Below, one piece after another: positions 1 through 13,000 of a stretch of 64,000 nucleotides of DNA. Source of the stretch: Macrostomum lignano (Eukaryota); NCBI GenBank assembly GCA_002269645.1, contig NIVC01000405.1, positions 180,956 to 244,955 on the forward strand, read 5' to 3'. The notes beneath the pieces were generated by a model that had not been told where the DNA came from, did not search any database, and saw only the letters and a list, made by a program, of their open reading frames with translations. Every line of letters starts with the position of its first letter. Within the stretch, counting starts at the first letter, position 1. The translations under genes were made by a program, and so were the position numbers.

Positions 1-332
1 CAAGACCTCGTGAAGCTGGATTTCGCTTTGAAGATGCACCAGCCTTTCAGGTGACCAAATTGCGTTAACTTTTACTCACAGTGACCAAAATATTCATTCA
101 AGTTTACGTTCCGCTTCCGCACGAGTTTACCGATTAAAGAAAGGTTGGTTTCCAAAAAGAAGCATTTCAGCTACACTATGCTACTGTATGTGACTGTGTT
201 GTTACTAGCAGTAATACCTTAAATTCCTTTATAAGTACGAGCCACCAATTATTTCACTATCTAACGATTGCATTCTGTTTATTTACGAAGACAAATAGAT
301 CTCTAAAAAAGCTACACCTAAATTTTTTGCAG

Positions 333-2091
333 TTGCCGGCAACGGTGATTTCCTAGAAATGTTTGAGACGGACCAGAACTCCTTCTCCAAGTACATGCAC
401 GTAGTCGACGCTGGTCTGGCCTTCAATTCGCCCTACCCGCTAGTGCTGAGACAGCAGAGGGGCGTCGATCTCATTTTGTCGTTTGACTTCAGCGGTAGAA
501 AGCACGACAATTACCCGCCTTTTAAGGTGAGACAATAGTTTATTACGAGTTGTATTCATTAGTTACAAAGATGATTGATACCCTGCATACCTACCTATTA
601 TACTTTGGATAGCAGACGAACCATGCGATTTCGCCCCCGGATGTAACAAGTATTTGAATCGTCCGATTTATTTGGTCAATGTGGTTATTTGCGCATTAGT
701 ATACAGTTAATTAAGTTATAGTTCGATACTTAAAACTTTGCCCTATAAACTCGTACAAAATAATCTTTTTCGTCACTTCAGGAGCTATTACTGGCGTACA
801 AATGGGCCCTGATCAGAAATGTTCCATTTCCGCACATCACACTAGACAAATACGAGAAGAAAGGCATGCAGGAGGTTTACATCTTTCGAGACAAAGAGAA
901 TCCACGAGTGCCAATAATTATGCACTTCGTGCTGGTCAACTTATCATTCCGCGAGTTTAAAAACCCAAGTAATAAGTTAATCCTAACTTTATAAATACCA
1001 ATCACTACTTGATTCTACGGTTTGTCGATAGAAACAAGCTTAATTAAACTATTTCTTTTCCAGACGTTCGTCGGACTCTGCAAGACGAGCTAAACTTTGC
1101 AAACTTTGACATTTTTGGTGGAGAAAAGAATCCCTACAGTACATTCAACTTTGTCTACTCTCCGCTGGAATTCGATCGCATCGCTTCCATGATGGAGTAC
1201 AACACTCTTAACTGTCTGCCTCGCATCAAGAAGTGCATAGCCGAGTGCATCGAGCGTAGACGAAGCTTCGATCTTGGAGTTCCCATCGACCAGTCGCACA
1301 TGAACGACTTCCTTAACATGTCCGCCAATCTGGGCGTGAATCGCCACGACGCTAAAGTTCTTGGAAAGTACATAAGTCAAAGGGAGACAGAGTTCTCGCT
1401 TAACAGCTCGAGCGGAACCGGCGGCGGCGGACGCCACGCCAGACGCTGGGATTCAGACTTCGACGATCAAGACGATGAAGATGAGGAAGAATTCGACGAA
1501 GAAATCACAACCCACGATGATGCGCAAGTTATTCAGCAGCGTAATGAAATTTCTCAAGGAAGCAATAGAGCTAAGCCCGATACCGGAAAAGAAAAAGTCA
1601 AGATTGTAGCATTCGACGAGCCAGATGGACCGCTGCAGCCACCGGAGTCGCTGCCGCATCAAGTATCGGCGACAGCACCTACTCCTGCGCCCACACAATC
1701 TGTGAATTCGAACTCGGAAGCTTCATCTTTACGCCAGCGTAGAAAAGGTCAGCGCGGTCGCAACCAGCTACGAGTGATCATACCGCAGCGGCCCTTCTTA
1801 GCACCAATACGACGCGACTGCCCCCGCTGTTCTGTGGCCTCGTCCTCATCATCGCCTTCATCAACATCTCCGATGGTTGGTTCGGCAAAGACTTCGCCAC
1901 TTTTGCCTAAGGTTCGACAGCCGACACCGGTGAGAGTTGTTAAATCGGCGGTGACGTCGTCGTCTTCGTCTTCTGAGTTCGACACAGCAGATGAGGGGGG
2001 CGGTGGTCAACAAGCCAAGGACGAAGTTGATGCCGCCATTCGAGAACGTCTAAATGAAGATTTGCTACAGGAGCTGCAGAGATTTCATTAA
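333..2091 (+). CDS. PLA2G4: Cytosolic phospholipase A2 (group IV, cPLA2-alpha-like), 3' exons; 5' part lies upstream or is unresolved
   Basis: Exons 333-526, 782-968 and 1064-2091 have AG/GT boundaries and consistent phases. They translate to HVVDAGLAFNSPYPLVLRQQRGVDLILSFDFS..PPFKELLLAYKW..PIIMHFVLVN..FDIF..PYSTFNF..MEYNTLN, co-linear with the cPLA2-alpha C-terminal catalytic domain including the catalytic Asp of VVD(S/A)G. A further exon probably ends at the GT at 51, but its phase link to exon 333 is unresolved. Confidence 0.92.
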
Positions 2092-2389
2092 TCTAACTCG
2101 TTTTCTTGACTTCAAACTTGCGTTTTCAAGGATCTTCCTGGATTCACTGATTACGCTCATTATAATGCGTTATTTGACACATCCATACACAGCAATGATT
2201 GATAAGTGTTTCGAATAGGTTTTGGCACGCTTAATATTGAAAAGTTATTGTATTTAACAGCACAAGTACATGCTGCATAAAGCGTTTTTAAGCAGAAATA
2301 TTACTTTGTTCATTTCCTTTTCAAGTAAAGTATTAGAAAAATTGAATGAAACGGTACTATACAAAACTGTATCACTAATATTCGACTGG

Positions 2390-2518
2390 TTTTTCTAACG
2401 AAACCAGTTGCATTTCAATACCTCATATTTTAGGCGTTACAGCAAAATTATCATTACTTTTTGACTTCCCCTCGTACTGCATATCAAAAAGTGCACAAAT
2501 TCCGGAAGTGCACTAATA
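2390..2518 (-). repeat. Inverted copy of the mariner left end plus its flank
   Basis: 2390-2518 is an imperfect reverse complement of ~2870-3000 (AACGAAACCAGTTG..TTTTAGGCGTTAC..TTCCCCTCGTACTG..TCAAAAAGTGCACAAATTCC.GAAGT). Confidence 0.75.
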
Positions 2519-2906
2519 CGAGCATAAAGAAGCTTTTTAAAAAATCAATTATTTATCTGCATACACATAATGACAAATAAAAATACAACTGACATGCTTT
2601 TAGGCTACAACTCTGACAAACGAAAGCGTCTGGTCATCCAATAATCAGGTTAGGGTTGCGAATTAATCAAACGTATGACATGAAATGTCGAAGGCATGTC
2701 CAAAAAAGCGCGTCACTAAGAGTATAATAGCTATTTCAGATCTTAGATATTATGAATACTACACAATGAGCCAGACTTTTAAGGGGCATGAGTCCGTCCT
2801 ACGAATTCGGTTTCAAGAGACAAGAGTGTAGGGATCAATAATGAGGCGCTGCCGATCTCGTGATAAATACGCGACTTCTGGAATTTGTGCACTTTTTGAA
2901 AACCAG

Positions 2907-3911
2907 TACGAGGGGAAGTAAAAAAGTAAAGATAATTTTGTTGTAACGCCTAAAATATAAGAGGTATTGAAATTCAACTGGTTTCGTTTGAAAAAACATC
3001 TTTTGTTCTTAATTTGACAGAGTTTTGGTTCTTCTAGAGTGATCGATTTCTGCATGATGACGCTCTAATAACAGTATACCCTTTCAGCAAAGGAAAATTA
3101 AAAAATCGAAGCTCGCACTAAGGTGAAGTTTCTTGTAAAACTTGGTTGGAAGACAGCCGAAATCATTGTCGCTTTGAAGAAGTCTATATGGACACTGCTC
3201 CACCAGATCCAACCATTTACTGCTGGATTTAGGCTTTTAGAAAACTTTTACCAACGCTTAGTGACTGGGGTTGAAACATGAATATTTCAGTATAATCCCG
3301 AATCCAAAGTCCAATCCAAGGAGTGGTTGCACAAGGTTCAGCGGACCCCAAGAAGTTCCGTGCGGAAGGGTCTGCAGCGAAGGTCTTGGCGACCATCTTC
3401 TGGGATGTTGAGGGAGTGGTGATGGTGGACTTCTTGGAAGGCCAGAAGACCATCAATGCCACCTAATATGAGTCGCTTCTGCAAAAGCTCCACTCCGAAT
3501 TGGCCAAAAAGCGACCTGGCAAGCTGCACCATGTGATTCTCTTTCACCACGACAATGCACCAGCCCACACTTCTCGGCTTTGCCGTGAACCCCTTCGAGA
3601 TTTCCGCTGGGAAATCCTCTAGCATCCTCCATATAGCCCTGATTTGGCTCCTTAAGACTTTTTTTGGTTCCCAAGCTGAAGGAAGCAATCAAAGGAGTCT
3701 AACATGAGGACCAGGAGGCTGCCAAAAAGGCTACTGTACAGTGACTTGCTGCACAGCCTCCTGAGTTCTACGCGAACGGCCTGGAGAGATGGCGACACCG
3801 CATGGAGAAGTGTCTGACCCTGGAGGGGGACTATGTAGAAAAATAGATTCTAATTTTAAGTTTGACACTCGTGAGAATAAAATTATCATTACTTTTTGAC
3901 TTCCCCTCATA
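2907..3911 (+). mobile_element. Internally deleted, degenerate mariner (Tc1/mariner) transposon
   Basis: Left end TA|CGAGGGGAAGTAAAAAAGTAAAGATAATTTT at 2907 and right end AAAATTATCATTACTTTTTGACTTCCCCTCA|TA ending 3911. Interrupted transposase remnants: IEARTKVKFLVKLGWKTAEII, RLVTG(V)ET, ATIFWDVEGV, FHHDNAPAH, HPPYSPDLAP*D, CLTLEGDYVEK*, with stops and frameshifts. Confidence 0.9.
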
Positions 3912-4645
3912 TTGGTGCGGTTTCATATTGCTAATGTGAACAGACGGTCTCGGAGTTCGATTAGATGTTCGCTTTATCGGACTTGGTAAATATTCCTTAA
4001 CACAAGATATCATTTATTAGTATTGAATTGCATAAAAATATATTAGAGCAAACATCCTACTACAGTAATTCGTTCTAAGGAGATTCGTGAGTTCTGCCTA
4101 ATAGTTCTAATCATTTGACATACAATTTGTTGTTCATGTGCATCAAATGCAAACCCAACAATCATTTTTATCAGATATCCATATGCGACTACAAGCGCAA
4201 TATTGCGATTCAAAGCAGAGTATCCGATGAAGAGTAGGAAGAGCAGCGGCTGCATTCGCATTATGAGAAAAATTTTGAAATTGCTAGCTACATCACACCG
4301 CCACCGCACACAAAACGGTTCTGCTTTTCATCCAGCCATAAACAAGACTGCAGGGTGTTGGATTTTCGTGGTGTACGTAGATCATTTTTTTGAATTTGCA
4401 TAGAACCGAGGGTCGCCGTGTTAATTTGAATGAAATTAACTCCGCTGAGCATTTCTAGTCACTAAAAACGCGAGAATTAAAGCAAAATCAAATTAATCCA
4501 AACGCCAATCGCATTTCTCTGGGTTTTGCAAACAGCAAAACTATAAACTTCAGCATTAAAGGCCAAGCGCATTAGTTCTCTCCAACAGAAGCTTTCATTT
4601 TTGCTCTGTTTCTCAGTCCAGCAGCAGCTTGAGACAGTGGAGACT

Positions 4646-7427
4646 ATGAACTCGCAGGCGCAAAAGCAATCTGGAAGCAGGATTGCAGCGGCTGTTAAAA
4701 GTGGCGGAATCCGCTTCTGTCAGTCCAGCTCTCTTCGTGGCGTTGGTCGGCTTACAAAGACTGACAAGCCACTGCTAATGGTAGTGTGGCTAGTATTTGT
4801 ACTAACCATGCTAGCGTTTATGGTGGCCGCGGTGACTAGTCTGGTGCAGAGGTAGGCTTTGTACCTTTAAGCCTTCATTTTTCGTAATTATCACTTTATT
4901 GCAGCGATAATTGAGCCCCAGCAAAAGAATAATGTAATAAAGACGAATCTGCTTCTATAGTAGTAGAATTTGGATTCGATAATCACTAATAATTCCTGTA
5001 CCCCATACATCAGATACCTGCGCTACGAAACCACCATAATGTCGACAATCCACACTAACTCACCGACCGAGTTTCCCAGCACAACACTGTGCCTGCTACA
5101 TCCTTTTCCTGACAGAGTTCGGCAACTCTGGCAGAGCAAAATGTCCGAGTTTTCGCCAAGGAAGATGAATAAGTAACTAGCTATGGCTGTAGAAACATGC
5201 CATTTACTATTCGACTTTTTACTTTTCAAGCAGTGAAATTTATAATTTTAAGTAGACATCGCAATGCTACCGAAATCCTTTTTGCAATTGTAGTCGCTTA
5301 AGGCAGCAGGTCGACAAACTGATACAGGCCTCGGAGCTGTCAAAGGCGAGCGTTCTAAGCCACTACGACAAGCGCAGTATGTACTATCAAAGTCTGGACC
5401 CAGACATGGCCCTAGAGTTCGGATACCAGATGGACGAGGCACTGATGGCTATGATGACTGTGCAGGGAAACGTAGCTTGCATTGGGGTGAGCACTGAGCA
5501 ATGAGCAGTAGTTTGCAAGATTCAGAGGAACATAAGAATTATCAATGATGCTCTTTAAATAGTGTATTAAAAGTACCTCCGATTTAGATACTCGCAAGTT
5601 AGACGTTAGAGTTCGTAGCGAACGTGTGGCTTTTGCGTTAGTAACAACTCACATAATTTACGATCCGATGTTTGTCCCTTGACTATCTCTCAATTTCATA
5701 AAGCAATACGACTGCGTTTTCGAATCCGGTACAAAAGTGACAACCAGCACGTGGAGTCATCCAGACTATTTTAACTGTTTTACTCTAAACATCGAGGGCG
5801 ATTCAACCGGTGTGGACTCGTTAACCGTAGTGATTAGTATTGGCAAACAGCCGCAGCACACCGGGCCGCATACAGCGTTTGTCCAGGATGTGTTTGAGCA
5901 GGCCTGGGGCGTCTTAGGCGCTGTCCACGAAGCCGGACAATACCCGAGTATAAAAAGGCACTCTGTGTATCTACAGAATGGCAAGCTAAACGAGGTACGA
6001 GCGTATGCACCATTCCTCTGAGTTGTTAGTATTGCGTACATCATTTAATATTAACCTCATTTATATAAAAAACAACTTTATATTAAAAAATCGGTCAATC
6101 ACAGCTGAAATTCGAGGCAGTTCGGCACGAACTAACAGCCACACCGGTGCGTCCGTGCATCAATAACGCCGGAGAGCACAAGCGGGGTCGTCTGCGCGAC
6201 CTTGATTTAGTAGTGGATTATAGTCACGAAAAATGCGTCGAATCGGCAGCGGCTAGGGTAATAGAAGAGCACTGCCGCTGCCTGCCAGCGTGGCTGATGA
6301 GGCGAGTGCGGCCAGGTCAGGTGCCCTACTGCGGAGACTTGCGGCAGGGTGTGGACAGTTTATTTAAGCGACTTGATTGCTTGGGTGAGGAACACACTCA
6401 TTGGGCTGAGGACCTAGTACGAAGCTACGGACTCAGGGGAACTATAAACTAACTTTAGCCCAGCAAATTCCGTAGAACAGGGACAACATATGAAGAGGCT
6501 AAAGAAAAATTCTTAGTTAGTTTCGTATAATTAATTACGCACCTTAAGTGAAGTGCATTTGAAATTGTTAGTTTGAAAATGTTTGACTTTGGATTTGAAT
6601 GCTAGAAAATGGTTTATACCTGTTTCAATAAAATCTGTATGAGCCAATGAAACTAACCAACAATAGCAAACCAGGCCCCAATAAGACTAGAAATAGGATT
6701 CTTTTCTATAAGATTTTTAAGTTTATTGCGTCTTCTGTGCCAAATTACAGAGCGAATTATTCCAATGCTGGCGACAGATGCATCCTCGGCAAGCAGCCAG
6801 TGCCCCGAGCGTTGCAGCCGTATTGAATACCGAGCCGCGGTGTCGCAGACGGACTGGCTAGTTAGCCGCTGGCAAATGCTGCGTATGGTGCAACAGCATG
6901 CCTTGTGGAATAGAGTCTACCAACACATGGAGCGCATTAAGTTAAATAAGAATGCCACAAACGCGAGTTCCACCATTAGAAGGCTAAAGAATTATTTCAC
7001 TCGACGGGACATTGACAACCTGACTGATGTGTCCCCAGACGATGACACGCTAGGCCGCTGGGCTCAGCTGGCCGGAGAGCTGCAGGGTCACGGAGCAGGG
7101 TCCGGGAACAAGGACGAAAGCGGAGATCATCAATTTGTATTCTTGCGAGTTCGACGCACCACAGGAGACGCCACGGAGACGCGCAAGGAGACATTGACTC
7201 TGAATTTCTATAGCCTTGTATGCCAGATTGGAGGTGTCTGCAGCATCACGCTGGGTCTCAGTTGCGCTTTTGTTGTAGAGCTGTTCGAGTGGCTGTACAT
7301 TAGCGTCACAGGCAGTCAAGCAAGAAATAGAAAACCTGGTGAAGAGGCGCCACAGGCCGCTGCTATCACTACTGATTTCCCACCAGCTAGGAAGGATAAA
7401 GAAGCTAACGCCCCTGATGCTGTGTGA
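4646..7427 (+). CDS. DEG/ENaC (amiloride-sensitive sodium channel superfamily) subunit, 592 aa
   Basis: Exons 4646-4851, 5014-5172, 5294-5486, 5704-5994, 6105-6384 and 6778-7427 sum to 1779 nt in frame. Motifs: pre-TM1 FCQSSSLRG plus TM1 (WLVFVLTMLAFM), post-TM1 FPSTTLC, HPDYFNCFTLN, Cys-rich thumb (C..C.C..C, CPERC), and TM2 QIGGVCSITLGLSCAFVVELFEW. Confidence 0.9.
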
Positions 7428-8125
7428 AACATAGTAAAGTCGACGACATTGAGAAATCAATGACGTTTGTCATGTCAGTGTTTAAAACATTCGCTTCAAC
7501 TATGCATAGTTTTTGCTTTTAAATCTGTATAATTTTGGCTCTACATAGCACTTTATTTTACGTCGGATAGACGCACAGTCGCACAAATATTTATTCGAAT
7601 TTTCCCATTTTGATACTGATACTGATGATACACGTTCCATTTAGCTACATAAGAGCACTGCTTTCTGCCTATTTCTAGCATACAAGTGTATTTACTCGCA
7701 TAATTTATGCTCTACAGAGAAAACCTTCGAATTTTTAATAATTTTCAACTGCATGAAAATGGCTTTCTAGCTTTGGACCTTATTGATTTGATTATTATCG
7801 CTATTGTCGAGCTTTTATTACTACAGTAGTAACCTCCGAATATTTTCAGTGTTTCTGATTGATTTTAAGCTTACGCTTTTAAGCACGGTACAAATGAAAC
7901 TAATTAATTGTTGTCTTAGCATTGTACTTTTTCATTTCAAGTTAAACAACATCACTTTTCGCAAACGGCAATTAATTTTAGGGCTATTTTTAAAGCCAAA
8001 CATAAAATTCGAATGTCTTAAAGAATAAGTTAAATTTATTTATTTTACTAATCGTGTTACGGTAAAGAACAAATTAAATGAAAAGCAGACTAAACCGTAC
8101 TTTTAACTTGTCACGCCTGTATTAC

Positions 8126-8335
8126 TACACATTTTCACGTTCAATTTTGATCAAAGTCCAGTTCCAAAAAAACTAGCGGAAATTCAATTCAGACTGAGGA
8201 TAATTTTGTCTATGGCTAAACCTTACTTCAGTTAGAATGTCTTGAGCTGGGGTTAGACTGGGTCCAAGTCTAAATTGAATTTCCGCTAGTTTTTTAGAAC
8301 TGGACTTTGATCAAAATCGAACGTGAAAAGGTGTA
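8126..8335. mobile_element. MITE with ~68-bp terminal inverted repeats and TA flanks
   Basis: TACACATTTTCACGTTCAATTTTGATCAAAGTCCAGTTCCAAAAAAACTAGCGGAAATTCAATTCAGACT versus its near-perfect reverse complement ending ..CGTGAAAAGGTGTA at 8335. Confidence 0.75.
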
Positions 8336-9843
8336 TTACAAATATTACGTAACGCTGATTCCAAGAAATGTACACAGATAAACATTATATTGATTTTTAA
8401 GGAAGCAAATACCTGACCGATAATTGCACAAAAAGTTTTATGCCACACATGCATAGTTCAGAATATTGTTTGAAGTTAAAACTCGATGCAGCATAGATAA
8501 ATATATAAAACTATTTCATAATGCTATACATAATACAGAGCAGTTCAACTGAGCAAGATTTTGCGTTAGATAGACATGCAGTTTAGCCACAGTGCATCCT
8601 ACTGACAGAGTAGACAGTTAATATTTTGTTAGTAGGTTGTTATGTGTTAATGCAAACGATCAGGTTCTTTAATTATAATTTATTATCTACTTCCTCTCGT
8701 ACTACAGTGTATTCCTAGGGTAAATTTCCGTATGTTGTCATGAGGTACGGTGTGGAATCCAATGACACTATTTTTATGCTTAGTAACTATTTTTTGATCC
8801 TCAATATCTAAAAAATTGATTTACAGCATGAGGGAGTCGATGAGTTACAACCGCGTCTCTCATAAGAGTACATAAAGTGATCAGCACAGTAATATAACTT
8901 AATTAATAACTGCACATAATTTGGCTGCACTAAGTGCAGAAATTGACTGCATAGCGAATAAAGCGTCACAGATTACTTTGATTACTGCATATTGGTTTAG
9001 TGCGAAGCTTTTAAAGAATAAAGCTGCTTCTTATTGTTGACAACAATAAAAATGCAGCTCAACTGTTAAACCAATTGAGTTTTTACACCATGAGATTGTA
9101 TATATGCATAATTGTTCATGCAAGCGCAGACAACAGTGCTGGAACGAGTGAATCCTTTTTATATCGGCCGTTTTGAGATCCTTGGAACACGTTCTAGCAT
9201 TTTAACGATAGACAACATTTTTAGATTTTAACTTATACTTATATATATTATACTAAAGGCGAATTCTAATTTGTCTAAATATTGATCAACATTTCTAAGC
9301 GGAAATTTAAAAAATACAGGATTTTTAAAACAACGAGCAAACATCAAAGGAATACTGAGTCTTTTTCCATTGAAACCGTTTTATACTACTGACTTAAAAT
9401 ATTGTCTCTAGCTAGTGACTAAGTTTGTTATCTACTCAATAATTTAAGAGCCACATGTTTCTGATGTCTAAACTGAAATACGTTCGAACTGAATTGACGC
9501 AGCCCACATAAGAGAAAATCTTTTTAAAAGTTATTTTAATCGCGAAGGATATTTCTGAAGGTCAGTCAGGCTGGCGATCAATAAGAAATCCATTGGAGTT
9601 GATGCTTAATTCTTGGAGAACTATTTCAGGCGACCATCAAAGAGAAAGGAACTTACCCCTGTTTGGTTACAAGAATAAAGCTCTAGGCTTCTTGGAAAAA
9701 CCGACTTTATATTCCTACTAGTTACACGTTAAAAGTTAATAAATGTTTGTGTCATAAAGCTATCTTTTTCACAACTCTGGCTAAATATTGACTGCCATTT
9801 GTTGAAGAGGCAAAAGTTTTCAATGTTCAATTGAATTCATCAA

Positions 9844-9968
9844 TCATTGATAATATGGCGGCTGCCCAAACGACGGCCAATTACTGGCAAACTGACCAAA
9901 ACTATGGCTGAACTGTGGAAGCGAGCGACCCTGCTGCTGCTGCTGTTGTTGTTGTTGCTGTTGTTGTT

Positions 9969-10003
<35 letters not shown>

Positions 10004-13000
10004 TGTTGTTGTTGTTGAGCGGCCATAATTTGCTGTTGCTGACGCTGAAGTAAAAGATGATGCTGCTGTTGCTGATGCAGCTGTACCTGATTGAGATTGA
10101 TTTGACTATTGCTATAGGCAGCTAAAGGCGCAGATGCAGAGCTAACAGCACCAGTAGAGTATACTGAATGCTGTTGCTGATTTTGCTGATGAGGCCAAGC
10201 TGCTGCGGCTGCAGCTGCGGCCAATGCAGCCGATGGTGACAAGTGAACATCCAGACTGCTACTACTGCTTGGCACTGTCGGCTGTGTCTGCTTCTCTAAC
10301 CTTTGTTGACGCTGCCGTTGAGGCATAGCTTGTTGCTGAGGCATTGGAGGCGGCGAAGGAATTAATGGCTGCAGCTTTTGCTGTTGGTGCTGCTGAGTAA
10401 TCGAGTGGCTCAGAGTCTGCTGCTGCTGCTTTTGCTGAGACTGATTAAGAGTGGAAAATGACGATAAATCTTGTTTCTGTTGCTTCTGCTGCGACTGTTG
10501 CGTACTTTGATAGATACTTGAAGCTTGCTGCACTGACTTAAAGGCATCAAACAGCGACTGTTGCGACTGTTGCTTAGCTAAGTTAGCCTTGGATTGTTGC
10601 TGCGATTTCGATGTCTGAGCCAATTGATTTGAAGGCTTATGCATCTGCGTTGTCTGCAGTTGAGATGGGAAACTTAGCGGTGCTGATGGCTGAAGGTTAG
10701 CGACTTGCTGCATTGGCTGATATGCATTACTGAGCCGCTGTGGAATTTGTTGAGACTTGAAGATTTCTTGAGATGGCGAATGCACAGGATCATAAACACG
10801 TTTGGACGGCGGTTGCTCAGGCCTTGAGACCTGTGGTGGTGCCGGTTGCTGAGGCCTTGAGACCTGTGGTGATGCTGGTTGTTGAAGACTTGAGACCCGT
10901 GGCGGTGTCGGTTGCTGAGGTTGCTGAGGTCTTGAGACCTGTGATGGTGTCGGTTGCTGCGATCTTGAAACCTGTGATGGTGTCGGTTGCTGAGGCCTTG
11001 AGACCTGTGATGGTGTCGGTTGCTGAGGCCTTGAGACCTGTGATGGTGTCGGTTGCTGAGGCCTTGAGACCTGTGATGGTGTCGGTTGCTGCGATCTTGA
11101 AACCTGTGATGGTGTTGGTTGCTGAGGCCTTGAGACCTGTGATGGTGTTGGTTGCTGAGGCCTTGAGACCTGTGATAGTATCGGTTGCTGAGACCTTGAG
11201 ACCTGTGGTGGTGTCGGTTGCTGAGGTCTTGAGACCTGTGATGGTGTCGGTTGCTGAGGTCTTGAGACCTGTGATGGCGTCGGTTGCTGAGGCCTTGAGA
11301 CCTGTGATGGTGTCGGTTGCTGAGGCCTTGAGATTTGTGGTGGTGTCGGTTGCTGAGGCCTTGAGATTTGTGGTGGTGTTGGTTGCTGAAGACTTGAGAC
11401 TTGTGGGGGTGTTGGTTGTTGAAGACTTGAGACTTGTGGTGGTGTCGGTTCCCGAGGCCTTGCGACCTGTGGTGTTGGTTGCTGCGTGGTGACTTGGTGC
11501 TGCAGTGCTTGCTGAGGCTTGTCTTGTTGCAGCCGTTGTTGAAGTTTGGAGACGGGCAGCAGATGCTGCGACTGTTGCTGAGAGCTGTAAAGCCCATGTA
11601 TTAACATTAGCATAGTTGTGTTACTATAAAAATCTGAACTAAAACTTCAAATATTTTATGCGGAAACAGTACTGCTATTAGTACGTTAGTTTTTGTTGGC
11701 ATCTTGTCTCAATCTTGTGCTCTGCTCTGTTAGGAGAAAATGTTAGGAATTAAAACAAAGTACATGTGTATACAAACAGGATTTAACAATCAGCTATAAA
11801 TTGCAGTCGCTGGCTGAATACAGAAAATCTTCTAGCACCTCCTGCTAACTAAACAGGAAAAATACAACTTTAGCGGCCGCTACTCTCACTTGAAGTTGGA
11901 CTTGTCTCTTGGCTCGGCCTTGCAGGCACCGGTAGCAGAGGCCTGCTGCTGCTGCTGCTGTCGCTGCTGCTGAGACTGCTCGCGCTTGGCTTGGCTTGGC
12001 TTGGATTTCAGCATCGGCCTGATTATGCTCATCAACTTCCTGTAAACAAGCAGCCAGTCAGTATGATCAACTCCATAGCAAAGCTTGATAAAGCTTACAT
12101 TCTGAAAGAGATTTCTAAATTGTCTTTCCTAAAATTTGCGATAAAAATTCCGGCTAAAATTAGGATTATGGGATAGACTAAAACTATGATTCTCTGAATC
12201 CATAAAATCGAGATCCCAAAATGCCTTAGGTAGAGATCCTAGTCCCTAGAATTTCGAGATCCCGAAATCCCTGAAATCGAGATTTCAAAATCCCTGAAAT
12301 CGAGATCCCAAAATCCCTGAACTCAGGATCGAAAAATCTCTTAAATCGAGATACGAAAATCCCTAAATTCGGGATAAAAAATCCCTAAAGTCGAGATCCC
12401 AAAATCCCTAAATTCGCGATAAAAAATTATTTAAGTCGAGATCCCAAATCTCTAAATTCGGGATAAAAAATTACTGAAGTCGAGATTCCAAAATGCCTTA
12501 GGTGGAGATCCCGAAATCCCTGAAATTTGAGATCCCGAAATCCCTGAAATTCTAGATCACGAAATCCCTAAAATTGAGATCCTAAAGTCCTTAAGGATCC
12601 TAAATCATAAAGTCCTCAAGCTTGAACTCGAAATCCCAAAATTCCTAAATTTGGGATCCAAAAATCTCTGAAATCGAGATCCCGAAATCCCTGAAATTCT
12701 AGATCACGAAATCCCTGAAATTCTAGATCACGAAATCCCTAAAATTGAGATCCTAAAGTCCTTAAGGATCCTAAATCATAAAGTCCTCAAGCTTGAACTC
12801 GAAATCCCAAAATTCCTAAATTTGGGATCCAAAAATCTCTGAAATCGAGATCCCAAAATCCCTGAAATCGAGATCCCAAAATCCCTGAATTCGGCATCCA
12901 AAAATTCCTAAAGTGAGATCCCGAAATACCTAAAATTCAAGATCCCAAAATCCCCAAATTCTAATTCCAAAAAGCTCTAAAGTCGAGATCCCAAAATCCC

